This document shows positions 26,481 to 36,019 of a DNA stretch of 64,000 nt, one piece after another; the stretch's first letter is position 1; each line of letters opens with the position of its first letter. The position numbers and the translations under genes are program-made. Origin of the DNA: Salinivirgaceae bacterium (GTDB lineage: Bacteria > Bacteroidota > Bacteroidia > Bacteroidales > SZUA-534); NCBI GenBank assembly GCA_017557785.1, contig JAFYYA010000069.1:4288-68287 (forward strand), in the 5' to 3' direction. Under the pieces are notes generated by a model. It was not told the origin of the DNA and searched no databases. It was given only the letters and a program-made list of their open reading frames with translations.

Positions 26481-28370
26481 CTATTTCCCTTCAATCATTT
26501 TCAGCAGTTCGGCTGGCGCAATGGCTTCGTCAACACCGCGTTTGACGAGTGTTTTGCCTTTGTACAAATTCACCTTGCCGGGACCTGCGCCAACGTAGCC
26601 GTAGTCGGCATCGGCCATCTCGCCGGGGCCGTTCACAATGCAGCCCATCACGGCAATTTTCAGGCCGGTCAGGTGCGCCGTGGCTTTCTTCACTTCGGCA
26701 AGCCCCTTCTCAATGTCGTACAAAGTGCGTCCACACGATGGGCACGAGATGTACTCGGTGCGGGTGTAGCGAGCGCGCGCCGATTGCAGAATGGCAAATG
26801 CCGTGTCGGTCACCGTTTTGACATTGATGCGCGCAAAATTGCTCAGCCACAGGCCGTTGGCCATTCCATCGATGAAGAAAAGACCATTGTCGGCGGCGGC
26901 TTTCAGTTGGAACTGCGCTACATCGGGTTCTTTGTAGATACTGCTCACCACAACGGGCAGGTTTACGTCGTTGGCAATCAGTCTGTTGAAGATGGCGCGT
27001 TGCTCGGCGGCTTGGTTAACGCACATTGAGCACGCAATCAGCACCACCGTAGGGTCGGTCTTGAGCCGTGCCATTGCTTCGGGTGTCAGCGTGTTAAGGC
27101 TTACCATCACCCAGTTGCGCTTGTCTGATTTGTATTTTGCTGTCAGATATGTATTTAGACCGTATAGCGGTTCAAAATTGCTGTCTTTTATCCAAACTTT
27201 GTAGTCGATTAAAAGTGAAACGCCGTTGGTTTTGAAGTCGGGCAGGTCCATTTCGGGTGCACCAAAATACAGAACATCAGGCGATTGTTTGCCACCAGTG
27301 ATGGTCATTGTGTTCAGGTCGAAGGTGATGTCGAGCGATTTGAGTGTTTCCATCGAAAGGTCGGGCAAATCGCAGATTACAAGCGGCTTGGTATTGTCGA
27401 ACGAAGGATTCAGTTCAGTGCTGCGTCGGCTGAAACTGAACGGGTCGAATGCCAAAGGCTCGTTATAGTTGATTTTCACGTTCTTGTTGGGGCCGGCAAA
27501 GTAATCGGCAAGCATCCGTGCGGGTGCGATTTCGGAAGCCGGACTGCCTGTGAGCGACACGCGGATGGTATCGCCAATGCCGTCGGTGAGCAACGTGCCA
27601 ATGCCCACTGCCGATTTAATGATACCGTCGGTTCCGGCACCGGCTTCGGTCACGCCCAAATGGATAGGAAAACTCATTTTCTCGGCGGCCATCTGCTTCA
27701 CAAGCAAGCGGTAAGCCTGCACCATAACCACAGTATTGCTCGATTTGAGCGAGACAGCAACATTTTGAAAATCATATTTTTGGCAGACGCGCAAGAATTC
27801 CATCGTTGCTTCGACCATTCCGGCCGGGGTATCGCCGTAGCGCGACATTATACGGTCCGACAGCGAGCCGTGGTTAGTGCCGATACGCAGCGCCGTGCCG
27901 TGTTCCTTGCAGATATTCAGTAGTTTCAGCAGTCGATTGTCGAGTTTCTCGAGTTCGGCGCGGTACTCGTCATCAGTGAATTCAAGCGTGGTGAAAGTGG
28001 CGCGTTTTTCGAGATAGTTGCCTGGATTAATACGCACTTTATCAACAAATTGAGCGGCAATATCGGCCAGTTGTGCGTTGAAGTGCACATCGGCAACAAT
28101 GGGCTTGACGTAGCCTTTCGTAACAAGTTCGTTTTTAATGTCGCGCAGGGCGTAGGCGTCGCGCTCGTCGATGGCGGTGAAGCGCACCAATTCGGCGCCC
28201 GCATCGAAAATCTCAATCGCCTGTCGCACTGACGCTTCCACATCGTGCGTTGGGGTGTTGGCCATCGACTGCACACGAACGGGATTAGTGCCGCCCATTT
28301 GCAGGTTGCCTATTGTAATTTCATGAGTTTCAAAACGTTTGTCGGTAAACGATAGGTTGACAAGGTCCAT
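26481..28370 (-). CDS. ispG: 4-hydroxy-3-methylbut-2-en-1-yl diphosphate synthase, long three-domain form
   Basis: The N-terminal TIM-barrel part reads VRVQSMANT...IVADVHFN...VRINPGN...LRIGTNHGSL. A roughly 270 aa insert follows, then the C-terminal 4Fe-4S domain with ISCPSCGRT...GCIVNGPGE. The start was moved to ATG 28368-28370. Confidence 0.9.
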   Translation of the reverse strand: MDLVNLSFTDKRFETHEITIGNLQMGGTNPVRVQSMANTPTHDVEASVRQAIEIFDAGAELVRFTAIDERDAYALRDIKNELVTKGYVKPIVADVHFNAQLADIAAQFVDKVRINPGNYLEKRATFTTLEFTDDEYRAELEKLDNRLLKLLNICKEHGTALRIGTNHGSLSDRIMSRYGDTPAGMVEATMEFLRVCQKYDFQNVAVSLKSSNTVVMVQAYRLLVKQMAAEKMSFPIHLGVTEAGAGTDGIIKSAVGIGTLLTDGIGDTIRVSLTGSPASEIAPARMLADYFAGPNKNVKINYNEPLAFDPFSFSRRSTELNPSFDNTKPLVICDLPDLSMETLKSLDITFDLNTMTITGGKQSPDVLYFGAPEMDLPDFKTNGVSLLIDYKVWIKDSNFEPLYGLNTYLTAKYKSDKRNWVMVSLNTLTPEAMARLKTDPTVVLIACSMCVNQAAEQRAIFNRLIANDVNLPVVVSSIYKEPDVAQFQLKAAADNGLFFIDGMANGLWLSNFARINVKTVTDTAFAILQSARARYTRTEYISCPSCGRTLYDIEKGLAEVKKATAHLTGLKIAVMGCIVNGPGEMADADYGYVGAGPGKVNLYKGKTLVKRGVDEAIAPAELLKMIEGK

Positions 28371-28426
28371 TGTTGAGTTGTTTAATCGGTGAATCGTTTT
28401 AATCGGTTGTGGTCGGCCCACGTAGT

Positions 28427-28454
28427 GTAGAGACGCGGCGCTCCACGTCTCTAC
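28427..28454. repeat. Perfect 9-bp-stem hairpin of the GT(A/C)...CTAC intergenic family
   Basis: GTAGAGACG-cggcgctcca-CGTCTCTAC, abutting the ribE stop. It is related in sequence to the ...CGTCCCTAC units at 33400-33486. Confidence 0.7.
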
Positions 28455-29062
28455 TATTCTTCGGACAATTTCGTAATCTGCGCAATGTACTTCCCAATAA
28501 TATCGAATTCCAGATTGACAACGGTTCCTTCCTTGATTGTGTGGAAGTTAGTGTTGTCGAAGGTGTAGGGAATGATGCAGACTTGGAACGAGTTGCGCGT
28601 TGGGCGGCAGACGGTCAGGCTCACACCGTTGACGGTCACAGAACCTTTATCCACAGTCAGATAGCCGCGTTTGGCCATCTCTTTGTCGAAATCGTACTCG
28701 AAGGTGAAAACGTGGCTTCCTTCGGCATCTTCAACTTTTGTGCAGCGTGCCGTTTTGTCGACGTGGCCCTGCACAATGTGGCCGTCAAGGCGGCCGTTCA
28801 TCAGCATCGAGCGCTCAACATTCACCTTGTCGCCAACCTTCAGCAGCCCCAGATTCGAGCAGTAGAGCGTCTCTTTCATCGCCGTCACGGTGTAGGTTCC
28901 GTCCTTGATGCGAACCACCGTCAGGCAGACGCCGTTGTGCGCCACGCTTTGGTCGATTTTCAACTCGTTGACAAACGAGCATTTCAGCGTAAAATGCAGA
29001 TTTTCCTGGTCTTTCTCAATGCCGACAACTTCGGCAAACTCTTCAACAATTCCTGAAAACAT
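28454..29062 (-). CDS. ribE: Riboflavin synthase (alpha chain)
   Basis: MFSGIVEE...SVAHNGVCLTV...ETL..SNLG.LK.GDKVNVERS, with the duplicated lumazine-binding repeat (GSVTVNGVSLTV...). Confidence 0.9.
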   Translation of the reverse strand: MFSGIVEEFAEVVGIEKDQENLHFTLKCSFVNELKIDQSVAHNGVCLTVVRIKDGTYTVTAMKETLYCSNLGLLKVGDKVNVERSMLMNGRLDGHIVQGHVDKTARCTKVEDAEGSHVFTFEYDFDKEMAKRGYLTVDKGSVTVNGVSLTVCRPTRNSFQVCIIPYTFDNTNFHTIKEGTVVNLEFDIIGKYIAQITKLSEE

Positions 29063-29089
29063 AGTTTCCTTGTTTTAATTTTATAACAA

Positions 29090-29338
29090 TTATTGGCGAT
29101 TGGGGTTGAGAGTGCTGCTAATTTGGTTAACACCATTCTGCCCGGTTGTACTCATCTCGCTTCCGCGATAAATCAAGCCGTCTTTTATTATGCCGATAAT
29201 TGCCCATGACATCAGCAGACACCATGGCAAAGGATCGGCGTGGCCGGTTTCAACATAGCAGTTTACAATGCCAACAATACTGACAATCAAGGTTATAACA
29301 TCTAAGATAACCAACGTAATAAAAATACCTTTCATCAT
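29090..29338 (-). CDS. Small membrane protein (hypothetical)
   Basis: 82 aa with two hydrophobic helices. No family recognised. Confidence 0.4.
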   Translation of the reverse strand: MMKGIFITLVILDVITLIVSIVGIVNCYVETGHADPLPWCLLMSWAIIGIIKDGLIYRGSEMSTTGQNGVNQISSTLNPNRQ

Positions 29339-29374
29339 TTCATTTTAGTTTTTTGGTTAATACTCTAGTTTTTT

Positions 29375-30964
29375 TCACTTTACCCTGACACCGTGCAAGT
29401 AGGTCTGTTCGATCTCGACTTGCGGAAGGTCGGGTTGGTACATGGTTGTGATATTTTTGCCAACAATCACAAAATCAGCCCATTTACCAACTTCAATGCT
29501 GCCTTTTGCTTGTTCGTCGAATTGCGAGTAAGCACCCCAGATGGTCAACGATTTGAGAGCCTGCGTTGGTGTCATTTTCTGGCTTTGCTTGTTGTGGGTC
29601 TTGCGTTTGTCCTGACTCATGGCCGCATACAAAATTTCCATCGGGCTGAGTGAGCCGTATGGAACATTACTGCCGCTCACAATGCCCTGATTCTGTCCCA
29701 ATAGTTGTTTCCATGCGAAGACTTCTTTTTTGAGTTTGCGGTTGAAATTGTCGGATATATACTGCTTATTGTATTCGTATTGAGTTGGTTGCACTGACGG
29801 AATAATATTGTAGTGTCCGAAATACTTCATGTCTTTTTTCGAAATCAGGTGAAGATTGTCGATTCGCCAGCGCAAGTTGTTTTTGTTGGGCAGAATGTTG
29901 GCGTAGGTTTTCAGCGCCAGACGAGCCGCCGAGTCACCAATGCAGCCAACGCACATTTGGAATCCGTGGTCGAAAGCGGTCTGGCATAGATTCCGAAGGC
30001 TGTCGGGGCTGATGCGAAGTTGTCCGTTTGATTCGCCGTTGGCGTCAGATTGCAGCATCACCGAGTTGTGCAGCGATATGCGTCCGTCGATGTCGACACC
30101 TACTGCAAGAATCTTCAGTTTGTCAGTCTTGACAGGCACCTTGCAGATGTAGTTCCGCATATTTTCGGCTGATGGCTCAAGAATAGCGTAAACCGGCAGT
30201 TGCAGAAGGCCCGTTTGGTAAAGGCTGTCAAGCAGTTGAACATTTTCGAAGGTTGTCCCGTAGTCGGTAACAGAAGTGATACCAACATTGAAACATTGCC
30301 GTTCAGCCAGTCCGACCAGTTGCGCCAGTTCGTCGTTAGTGGGACGTGGAAGGCATTGCGCGGCCTGCCGTGCCTGATAGCCCACAAGGTAGCCGTCGGC
30401 ACTTGCTTTGTCCAGACCGGCGGCCTTTATCATGGCACTGTTGGCCAAGGCCCATTTGTAACCTTTGGTCCAGATGAATACCGGCGTGTCGCCAAAAATC
30501 CTGTCGATAACCGAATTGTCAGGGATGATGCAGTCGTCGGGCGGCGAGTAAGTCAGGTTTCGTGCCACAATCCACTTGCCGGGGTTGTTTTTTTTGAAAT
30601 TCGACAACTGATTGAGAACCGCGTTCATGCTTTCGGCTTCGCCAAGGTCGATTTGCGCCAGTTCAACCGCATACTGCATGAAATGCGCATGAGAATCAAT
30701 GAATCCAGGATAGACGAATTTTCCTTTCAGGTTCAGAATGCTGTCCGATGTGTATCGTGCGCCGATGTTAGCGTCGCTGCCGATGGCCACGAACCGGCCG
30801 TTGTGAATAGCGGCGCTCTGCACAACCGAGAAACTGTTGTTCACGGTGTAAATCTTTGCGTTCTTGATTATCAGGTCAACTTCTTCGCGCTGCTGGCAGC
30901 CTGTTGCAAGCAGCAAACCGCCTATCATTATCAGTAAAATACGTTTATCAAATCTCATTGTCAA
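29375..30964 (-). CDS. Amidohydrolase family (Amidohydro_3/YtcJ-like) lipoprotein
   Basis: Lipobox LLATGC. GFIDSHAHF is the metal-binding HxH motif, and the C-terminal ...GSIEVGKWADFVIV is typical of this family. Confidence 0.8.
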   Translation of the reverse strand: MTMRFDKRILLIMIGGLLLATGCQQREEVDLIIKNAKIYTVNNSFSVVQSAAIHNGRFVAIGSDANIGARYTSDSILNLKGKFVYPGFIDSHAHFMQYAVELAQIDLGEAESMNAVLNQLSNFKKNNPGKWIVARNLTYSPPDDCIIPDNSVIDRIFGDTPVFIWTKGYKWALANSAMIKAAGLDKASADGYLVGYQARQAAQCLPRPTNDELAQLVGLAERQCFNVGITSVTDYGTTFENVQLLDSLYQTGLLQLPVYAILEPSAENMRNYICKVPVKTDKLKILAVGVDIDGRISLHNSVMLQSDANGESNGQLRISPDSLRNLCQTAFDHGFQMCVGCIGDSAARLALKTYANILPNKNNLRWRIDNLHLISKKDMKYFGHYNIIPSVQPTQYEYNKQYISDNFNRKLKKEVFAWKQLLGQNQGIVSGSNVPYGSLSPMEILYAAMSQDKRKTHNKQSQKMTPTQALKSLTIWGAYSQFDEQAKGSIEVGKWADFVIVGKNITTMYQPDLPQVEIEQTYLHGVRVK

Positions 30965-31106
30965 AAACTTTAAGGCAGATTCGAAAATTCACCGTTTCAA
31001 ATATATTTATTTCAGTGCATTGTCAATTGCTAATTTTCAATAGTTGACTATTTTTGTAGTCGATGCTCAAAGCATCGGATAAATTTCTCAAAAAATTACA
31101 TTTCGA

Positions 31107-31481
31107 ATGGCACCGTTAGTTATCAATGGCACCGAAGACACCCCAGAAGTGATTTTCGAGCCGGCAACTGGAAAATTCTCAATCTCAGGCACTTCGATTC
31201 CCGAAAACGCCCGCAAGTTCTACGACCAGATTCTTGAGTGGCTCGACGGCTATCTGAAAGAACCCGCCGCCGACACTTGCATCAGTTTCAAACTCAAGTA
31301 TTTCAATACTGCATCGACCAAGTATCTGTTCGACATTATGGTTCTGCTCAAACCACTTGCAGCCAGCAAAAACACCTTGGTTTACAACTGGTATTTTTTG
31401 GATGACGACGAAGACATGTTCGAAGCGGGACAAGGTTTCTCGAAGATGTTGCGCTATCCATTCAACTTTGTAAAATACTGA
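31107..31481 (+). CDS. DUF1987 (SiaC-like) domain protein
   Basis: 124 aa reading LVINGTEDTPEVIFEPATGKFSISGTSIPENARKFYDQILEWLDGY...FKLKYFNTASTKYLFDIM. This is the characteristic DUF1987 N-terminal pattern. Confidence 0.7.
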   Translation: MAPLVINGTEDTPEVIFEPATGKFSISGTSIPENARKFYDQILEWLDGYLKEPAADTCISFKLKYFNTASTKYLFDIMVLLKPLAASKNTLVYNWYFLDDDEDMFEAGQGFSKMLRYPFNFVKY

Positions 31482-31593
31482 AAAACAACCTTCTCAGCAG
31501 TAGTGGGTAACTGCCAATGGCTTAAGTCTGTTCACTTTTACAGTGTCGGGCGGCCATTGCCAACTTTTTGTTTTCCATTTGCAAACTAACCGC

Positions 31594-31601
31594 TACTTTT
31601 G
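31594..31601 (+). promoter_or_regulatory. Putative -7 promoter box TACTTTTG for the glycosyltransferase gene
   Basis: TAnnTTTG match 20 nt upstream of ATG 31621. Confidence 0.4.
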
Positions 31602-31620
31602 CGGCCGCAAACAGAGTGAG

Positions 31621-32748
31621 ATGATTATTGCAGTAAACACGCAGTCGTTACTGAAAGACAAACTCGAAGGTCTTGGCAGTTTTGCCGATGAAGTGTTGTC
31701 GCGGATGGTGCGCAACCATCCCGAGCACAAGTTCGTGTTCATCTTCGACCGTCAATGGGACCCGTCATTCATCTATGCCGACAATGTCTTGCCTGTCAGG
31801 ACCATGCTACCGTCGCGGCACCCGCTGCTATGGTACTTGCGGTTTGAGCACGCTGTTCCGCAAATCATTAGCCGCCACAAGGCCGATTTATTTCTTTCAA
31901 CAGATGGCTACATGCCGCTGCATCCATCGGTGCCAACTTATAATGTTATTCACGATATAGGGTTCGCTCACAATACCAAAAGCCAGCCGTATCTCACAAA
32001 CCGCTACTACAACCGCTATTTCCCGCAGTTTGCGCGCAACGCCGGTCGCCTAGGCACGGTGTCGGAATACTCAAAAGCCGACATTGTGAAGACTTGGGGC
32101 ATTGACCCCGACAAAATCGATGTCATCTACAATGGTGTGAAAACGGTGTTTGGTCCGCTGCCAGCCGCCGAGCAGCAGCAGGTACGCGAAAATGTGACCA
32201 GCGGCTGTCCCTATTTCATTTTCGTGGGATCGCTTAATCAGCGCAAGAATGTTGAAGGAATGCTGCGCGCCTTCGACATCTACAAAGAAAAAACAGGCTC
32301 AGTCCACAAGTTGGTGGTGGTTGGCGAGTGCATGTGGTCCATGTCGACCATCGACCACGAACTAGAACACATGCGTCATGCCGATGATGTTATCTTCCTA
32401 GGCCGCCTTCAACCACAGGAACTTGCCCGTGTGGTGGCAAGTGCACAGGCACTTTTGCTAGTTTCGTTTCTCGAAGGGTTTGGCGTTCCACTAGTTGAAG
32501 CCATGAATTGTGATGTGCCGGTAATCACATCGAACTGTACATCGATGCCCGAAGTGGCCGGTAATGCAGGGTTGCTTGTGAATCCGCAGTCTGACGATGA
32601 CATTGCCGCCGCCATGGAACGTATTGCAACCGACGACGAACTTCGTGCGCAACTTATTGCCAATGCTAAAATCCAGCGGACAAAATTCTCGTGGGACAAG
32701 TCGGCCATCGACCTGTGGAACGGCATTGAAAAACTGTTGGGGAAATAG
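31621..32748 (+). CDS. Glycosyltransferase family 4 (GT-B, Glycos_transf_1)
   Basis: The C-terminal E-x7-E region reads FLEGFGVPLVEAMNCDVPVITSNCTSMPEVAG. The start was moved to MIIAVNTQ (ATG 31621). Confidence 0.85.
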   Translation: MIIAVNTQSLLKDKLEGLGSFADEVLSRMVRNHPEHKFVFIFDRQWDPSFIYADNVLPVRTMLPSRHPLLWYLRFEHAVPQIISRHKADLFLSTDGYMPLHPSVPTYNVIHDIGFAHNTKSQPYLTNRYYNRYFPQFARNAGRLGTVSEYSKADIVKTWGIDPDKIDVIYNGVKTVFGPLPAAEQQQVRENVTSGCPYFIFVGSLNQRKNVEGMLRAFDIYKEKTGSVHKLVVVGECMWSMSTIDHELEHMRHADDVIFLGRLQPQELARVVASAQALLLVSFLEGFGVPLVEAMNCDVPVITSNCTSMPEVAGNAGLLVNPQSDDDIAAAMERIATDDELRAQLIANAKIQRTKFSWDKSAIDLWNGIEKLLGK

Positions 32749-32774
32749 CCTGACGCAGGCAACTCACCATCCCG

Positions 32775-33368
32775 TCATTCCTTGTAAGTCTTTACTTTCG
32801 ACAATGCATCGTAAACCGAGTGCGCCCAATAGTTGCGCAAGCCAAAACCGCCCGCAACACCGCTCAGCGTCCAGTGCCGTGTGACGGTGCGTGTATCGAT
32901 GTCGAACAGAACAAAAACGAAAGTGCCCGTCTCGGCGGGTTTGTCGAGAGTTTCCATTATCATCACCAAACCCATTCCGTGGTTGTAACTCACAATGCTC
33001 AAATCTCTGACAGTCTGTGCTATAGTCGAATCGCTGATGGTGTGTCCTTTGACTATGGTTTTGATGGAATCGAGCGGAATGGTATCGTTCATATTGGTGA
33101 CGGCATCAATGCGGATTTCGTTCATCGGCTTGCCAACAAACTTGGCTACATTGTACTTCTCTGGTTCCATAATGAATAGCATATTGATGTCGCCAAACGC
33201 CTTACGCAGTTTTTCTGGCTCGTCAACTGAACCGTACACACGGCCTTTTGAGAAGTCGATGCCATAGAAAGTCATGCTGCCCAAACCAGCCAGCGGACTT
33301 GTTTTTTTCTGTGCTGCAGCCGAAAAACAGATGGCTGCCAATGCTAGCGAGAATAGAATCTTTTTCAT
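32775..33368 (-). CDS. Exported hypothetical protein
   Basis: Signal peptide MKKILFSLALAAICFSAAAQ. No recognised domain. Confidence 0.5.
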   Translation of the reverse strand: MKKILFSLALAAICFSAAAQKKTSPLAGLGSMTFYGIDFSKGRVYGSVDEPEKLRKAFGDINMLFIMEPEKYNVAKFVGKPMNEIRIDAVTNMNDTIPLDSIKTIVKGHTISDSTIAQTVRDLSIVSYNHGMGLVMIMETLDKPAETGTFVFVLFDIDTRTVTRHWTLSGVAGGFGLRNYWAHSVYDALSKVKTYKE

Positions 33369-33399
33369 ATCAACAGATTAAACGATTTTATTTTTTATT

Positions 33400-33486
33400 C
33401 GGACGCGGCACGCCACGTCCCTACATTGTTTCGGACACACGCGGTGTGTCCCTACGTTTGCGGACGCCACAATGTGACGTCCCTAC
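33400..33486. repeat. Three tandem hairpin units, each ending in GTCCCTAC
   Basis: Unit 1 (33400-33424) is CGGACGCGGCACGCCACGTCCCTAC. Unit 2 (33432-33455) is CGGACACACGCGGTGTGTCCCTAC. Unit 3 (33461-33486) is CGGACGCCACAATGTGACGTCCCTAC. Each contains an internal GGAC.../...GTCC stem. Confidence 0.8.
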
Positions 33487-33510
33487 TTATGCCTTTTGCC
33501 TTATGCCTTA

Positions 33511-33537
33511 AAAACTTAAAACTTCAATAACTTATAA
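33511..33537. repeat. 27-nt word AAAACTTAAAACTTCAATAACTTATAA, copy 1
   Basis: Identical 27-mer at 44535-44561. Both copies are preceded by a ...GTGAC..CCCTAC hairpin unit and lie just 3' of a minus-strand gene. Confidence 0.85.
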
Positions 33538-33573
33538 TTCAAAACTTGTACCTTGTACCTTACACCTTATCCC

Positions 33574-34872
33574 TTACCGTAAATCATAGAACTTCACCGG
33601 TTTGCGGCTCATTTCGGGGTAGAGCAACTTGTTTATGTACTCTGGTGACTCGAAACTGATGGACGGCGCCACACGCACCTTCGAGCGGAAAATATCCTTG
33701 ATTTCCTTCGCGTAAGCGTCGTCGGAACGCGTTGAGCCGATGCGCACCTTGATGTCGTCGGTGCCCAGTTCGTTGGTGAACACTTCAACCACGTAGTTCT
33801 TCACATCGTGAATGCCGTCCAAAATATCGAACAGTGCGGGCGGATAAAGTGTTGTGCCTTTGTATTTTATCATCTGTCCCTTGCGCCCGATTACCGAACT
33901 CAAACGCATTGTGTTGCGGCCGCATTTGCACGGCTCGTTGTAGTGGTAGCACACGTCACCCGTCTTGAATCGCAGCAACGGCATACCTTCAACGCCAAGC
34001 GATGTGATGGTGACTTCGCCCGGCTCGTCGTCGGCCACAGGCTGGTTGTTCTCGTCAAGGAATTCAACAATGATGAGTTCGGGCTGCACGTGGCCGCCGT
34101 TGTACTGGTCGCAATCGGTGAACGACGACTGCATCTCGGTTGATGCGTATGTGGTGTGCAGTTTCAGTTCGGGCCATTTCTCATTGATGCGCTGGCCGAG
34201 CGTGGTGTAGGTGCCGTCAGGCTTGTAGAGCGCTTCACCAATGCAGATGCACTTTTTCAGGCTCGATTTATGATGGTCGATGCCGTTCTTCTCGGCAAAA
34301 TCGGCCAATTTGACCAGGAACGAGGGCACACACATACAGCACGTTGGGTGGATGCGGTTGATGGTGTCCCACTGCAGTTCGGGAATTCCGTTGCCCACGC
34401 GCGAAACGCCCATCCCAACTTCGCGGCAGCCAAGAAAGTAAGCCAGGCCAGCCATAAAGCGGCGGTCGATGGTGACCATTTCCTGCATAATATCATTGCG
34501 AGTAAGCCCGGCCGTGGTGAACGACAGATACTCGTTGTAGGCCAGACGGTCGAGATCGTTATTTGTCAAGGCGAAAGTTACGGGGTTACCCATTGTGCCC
34601 GAAGTGGTTACGTAGTCGATGACATCGGCCTTGTCAACGCATAGGAACTCATCGTTGTGCAGTTGCAGGTCGGCTTTGGTTGTGACCGGAATCTGCCGCA
34701 AGTCTTCAATGGTGCGTATTTTGCTGATGTCGATATGGTTATCGGCGAACATCCGTTGGTAGAATTTCGAGTGCGCCTGCAAGTAGGCCAGCGCTTCGGC
34801 GAGCCGTGCTTCCTGAAAAGCCTTGATTTCTGCAGGCGATTTGAACTGAATCTGTGAATCTTTTACAATCAT
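33574..34872 (-). CDS. Phenylacetate-CoA ligase family (PaaK-like adenylate-forming enzyme)
   Basis: YVTTSGTMGNPVTF is an AMP-binding motif I variant. YASTEM, KTGD and GRKGQMIKYKGTTLYP are the PaaK/F390-synthetase pattern. The start was moved to ATG 34870-34872. Confidence 0.85.
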   Translation of the reverse strand: MIVKDSQIQFKSPAEIKAFQEARLAEALAYLQAHSKFYQRMFADNHIDISKIRTIEDLRQIPVTTKADLQLHNDEFLCVDKADVIDYVTTSGTMGNPVTFALTNNDLDRLAYNEYLSFTTAGLTRNDIMQEMVTIDRRFMAGLAYFLGCREVGMGVSRVGNGIPELQWDTINRIHPTCCMCVPSFLVKLADFAEKNGIDHHKSSLKKCICIGEALYKPDGTYTTLGQRINEKWPELKLHTTYASTEMQSSFTDCDQYNGGHVQPELIIVEFLDENNQPVADDEPGEVTITSLGVEGMPLLRFKTGDVCYHYNEPCKCGRNTMRLSSVIGRKGQMIKYKGTTLYPPALFDILDGIHDVKNYVVEVFTNELGTDDIKVRIGSTRSDDAYAKEIKDIFRSKVRVAPSISFESPEYINKLLYPEMSRKPVKFYDLR

Positions 34873-35117
34873 TATCTGTTTGTTTTTCAAGCGTGTTGGT
34901 TGCAAATGTGCTTTAGCAGGGCATTCAACTCACGCATCACAAATGTAATTATTATTGGTGAACTGATACGCCGATAATTATATGGACAGACAATCGGTGA
35001 ATCGAAGGCATTTACACCACTAATGCCTTCTTGCTTTAGTATCTGGGGACTAAAAACAAAAACCGCGGTTCCGAACTTGTCGGACCGCGATTCAGTTAGA
35101 TTTTGTGGCGCTGATGG

Positions 35118-35492
35118 TTACTCTTCAGCCGAGTCATCGCTGATTCTTAAGCATCCGTCTTCAACCACAAACACAACGTCTTTGTAATTAGGATTGACGT
35201 TGCAGAAATCGTTGCTGCTGATGCGCATCGGATAGGTTCCTGCGCTTACAGCACTAACCGAATCGGTTGCGTAGCAAACAAAATCGTCCGCTGTGTAAAG
35301 GTCCGAATTTGTTTCAACTGTGTAGCCAATGGCCGACTGACGCTGACCATTGAAAGTCACATTCTTAATGTTGCCTTTGATTGTTACCACAATTGTGTTG
35401 TCGTTGTTTTTCAGCAACAATGATCCTGCGGTAATTACGCCACCCATTACTAATGCGATTGCTACAATGTGTAAAATCCGTTTCTTTCTCAT
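35118..35492 (-). CDS. Small membrane-anchored protein with a possible MBG-like beta domain
   Basis: N-terminal anchor ILHIVAIALVMGGVITAG. NVTFNGQRQSAIGYTV...SAGTYPMRISS...NYKDVVFVVEDGCLRI resembles adhesin-associated MBG repeats. This call is weak. Confidence 0.4.
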   Translation of the reverse strand: MRKKRILHIVAIALVMGGVITAGSLLLKNNDNTIVVTIKGNIKNVTFNGQRQSAIGYTVETNSDLYTADDFVCYATDSVSAVSAGTYPMRISSNDFCNVNPNYKDVVFVVEDGCLRISDDSAEE

Positions 35493-36011
35493 AGTCCTAA
35501 TCTTTTTTTCTCACTGCAAAAATACTTTCCAAGATTGCTCTAAAACGATATTCGTCAACTATTTTTTCAACACTGCAAATGTTGAAAGAAAAAACAGCCC
35601 AAAACAAGCTAATTAAAATTCGGCTAGTTTGAGTTAAAATATGGTGTTAATCAGTCAAAATCGGATTTAATATTGATTTGCAGAACAATACGAAAACGTA
35701 TGCGTAAAAAAATCAGCCATTTTAACTTTAGATAAGTATTGGGTGATTGGCGGTTTCAGACTTCATTCCAACAACTGCCAAACGTCAGTTTTTTTATAGA
35801 CTTTCGTCAACAAATCGTTCCGTATCCAAATTCTGATTTCAAAATAAATGGTGGGGTATGGAATTTTTATGACATAAATACGTAGCGTGACAGTTAATGT
35901 CCGCGATATAAACAGATTTTTCATGCAGTTTGTGCCATCCCTGCGTTTTTGCAATCTCAAATCGTTCTTAAAATGTGAATAACCCACCCTTGATTACCCC
36001 TTATTCTTTTG

Positions 36012-36019
36012 TAGATTTG
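36012..36019 (+). promoter_or_regulatory. Putative -7 promoter box TAGATTTG for purL
   Basis: TAnnTTTG match 41 nt upstream of ATG 36060. Confidence 0.4.

Noticed and set aside
33400-33574. A CRISPR array as the explanation for the tandem hairpin units. The same question applies to the stuttered words at 59104-59310.
   Set aside because: The units are only 24-26 nt with 5-8 nt between them, and the words are 7-10 nt. They lack unique spacers of 25-40 nt, the copy number is 2-4, and no cas genes are in the window.
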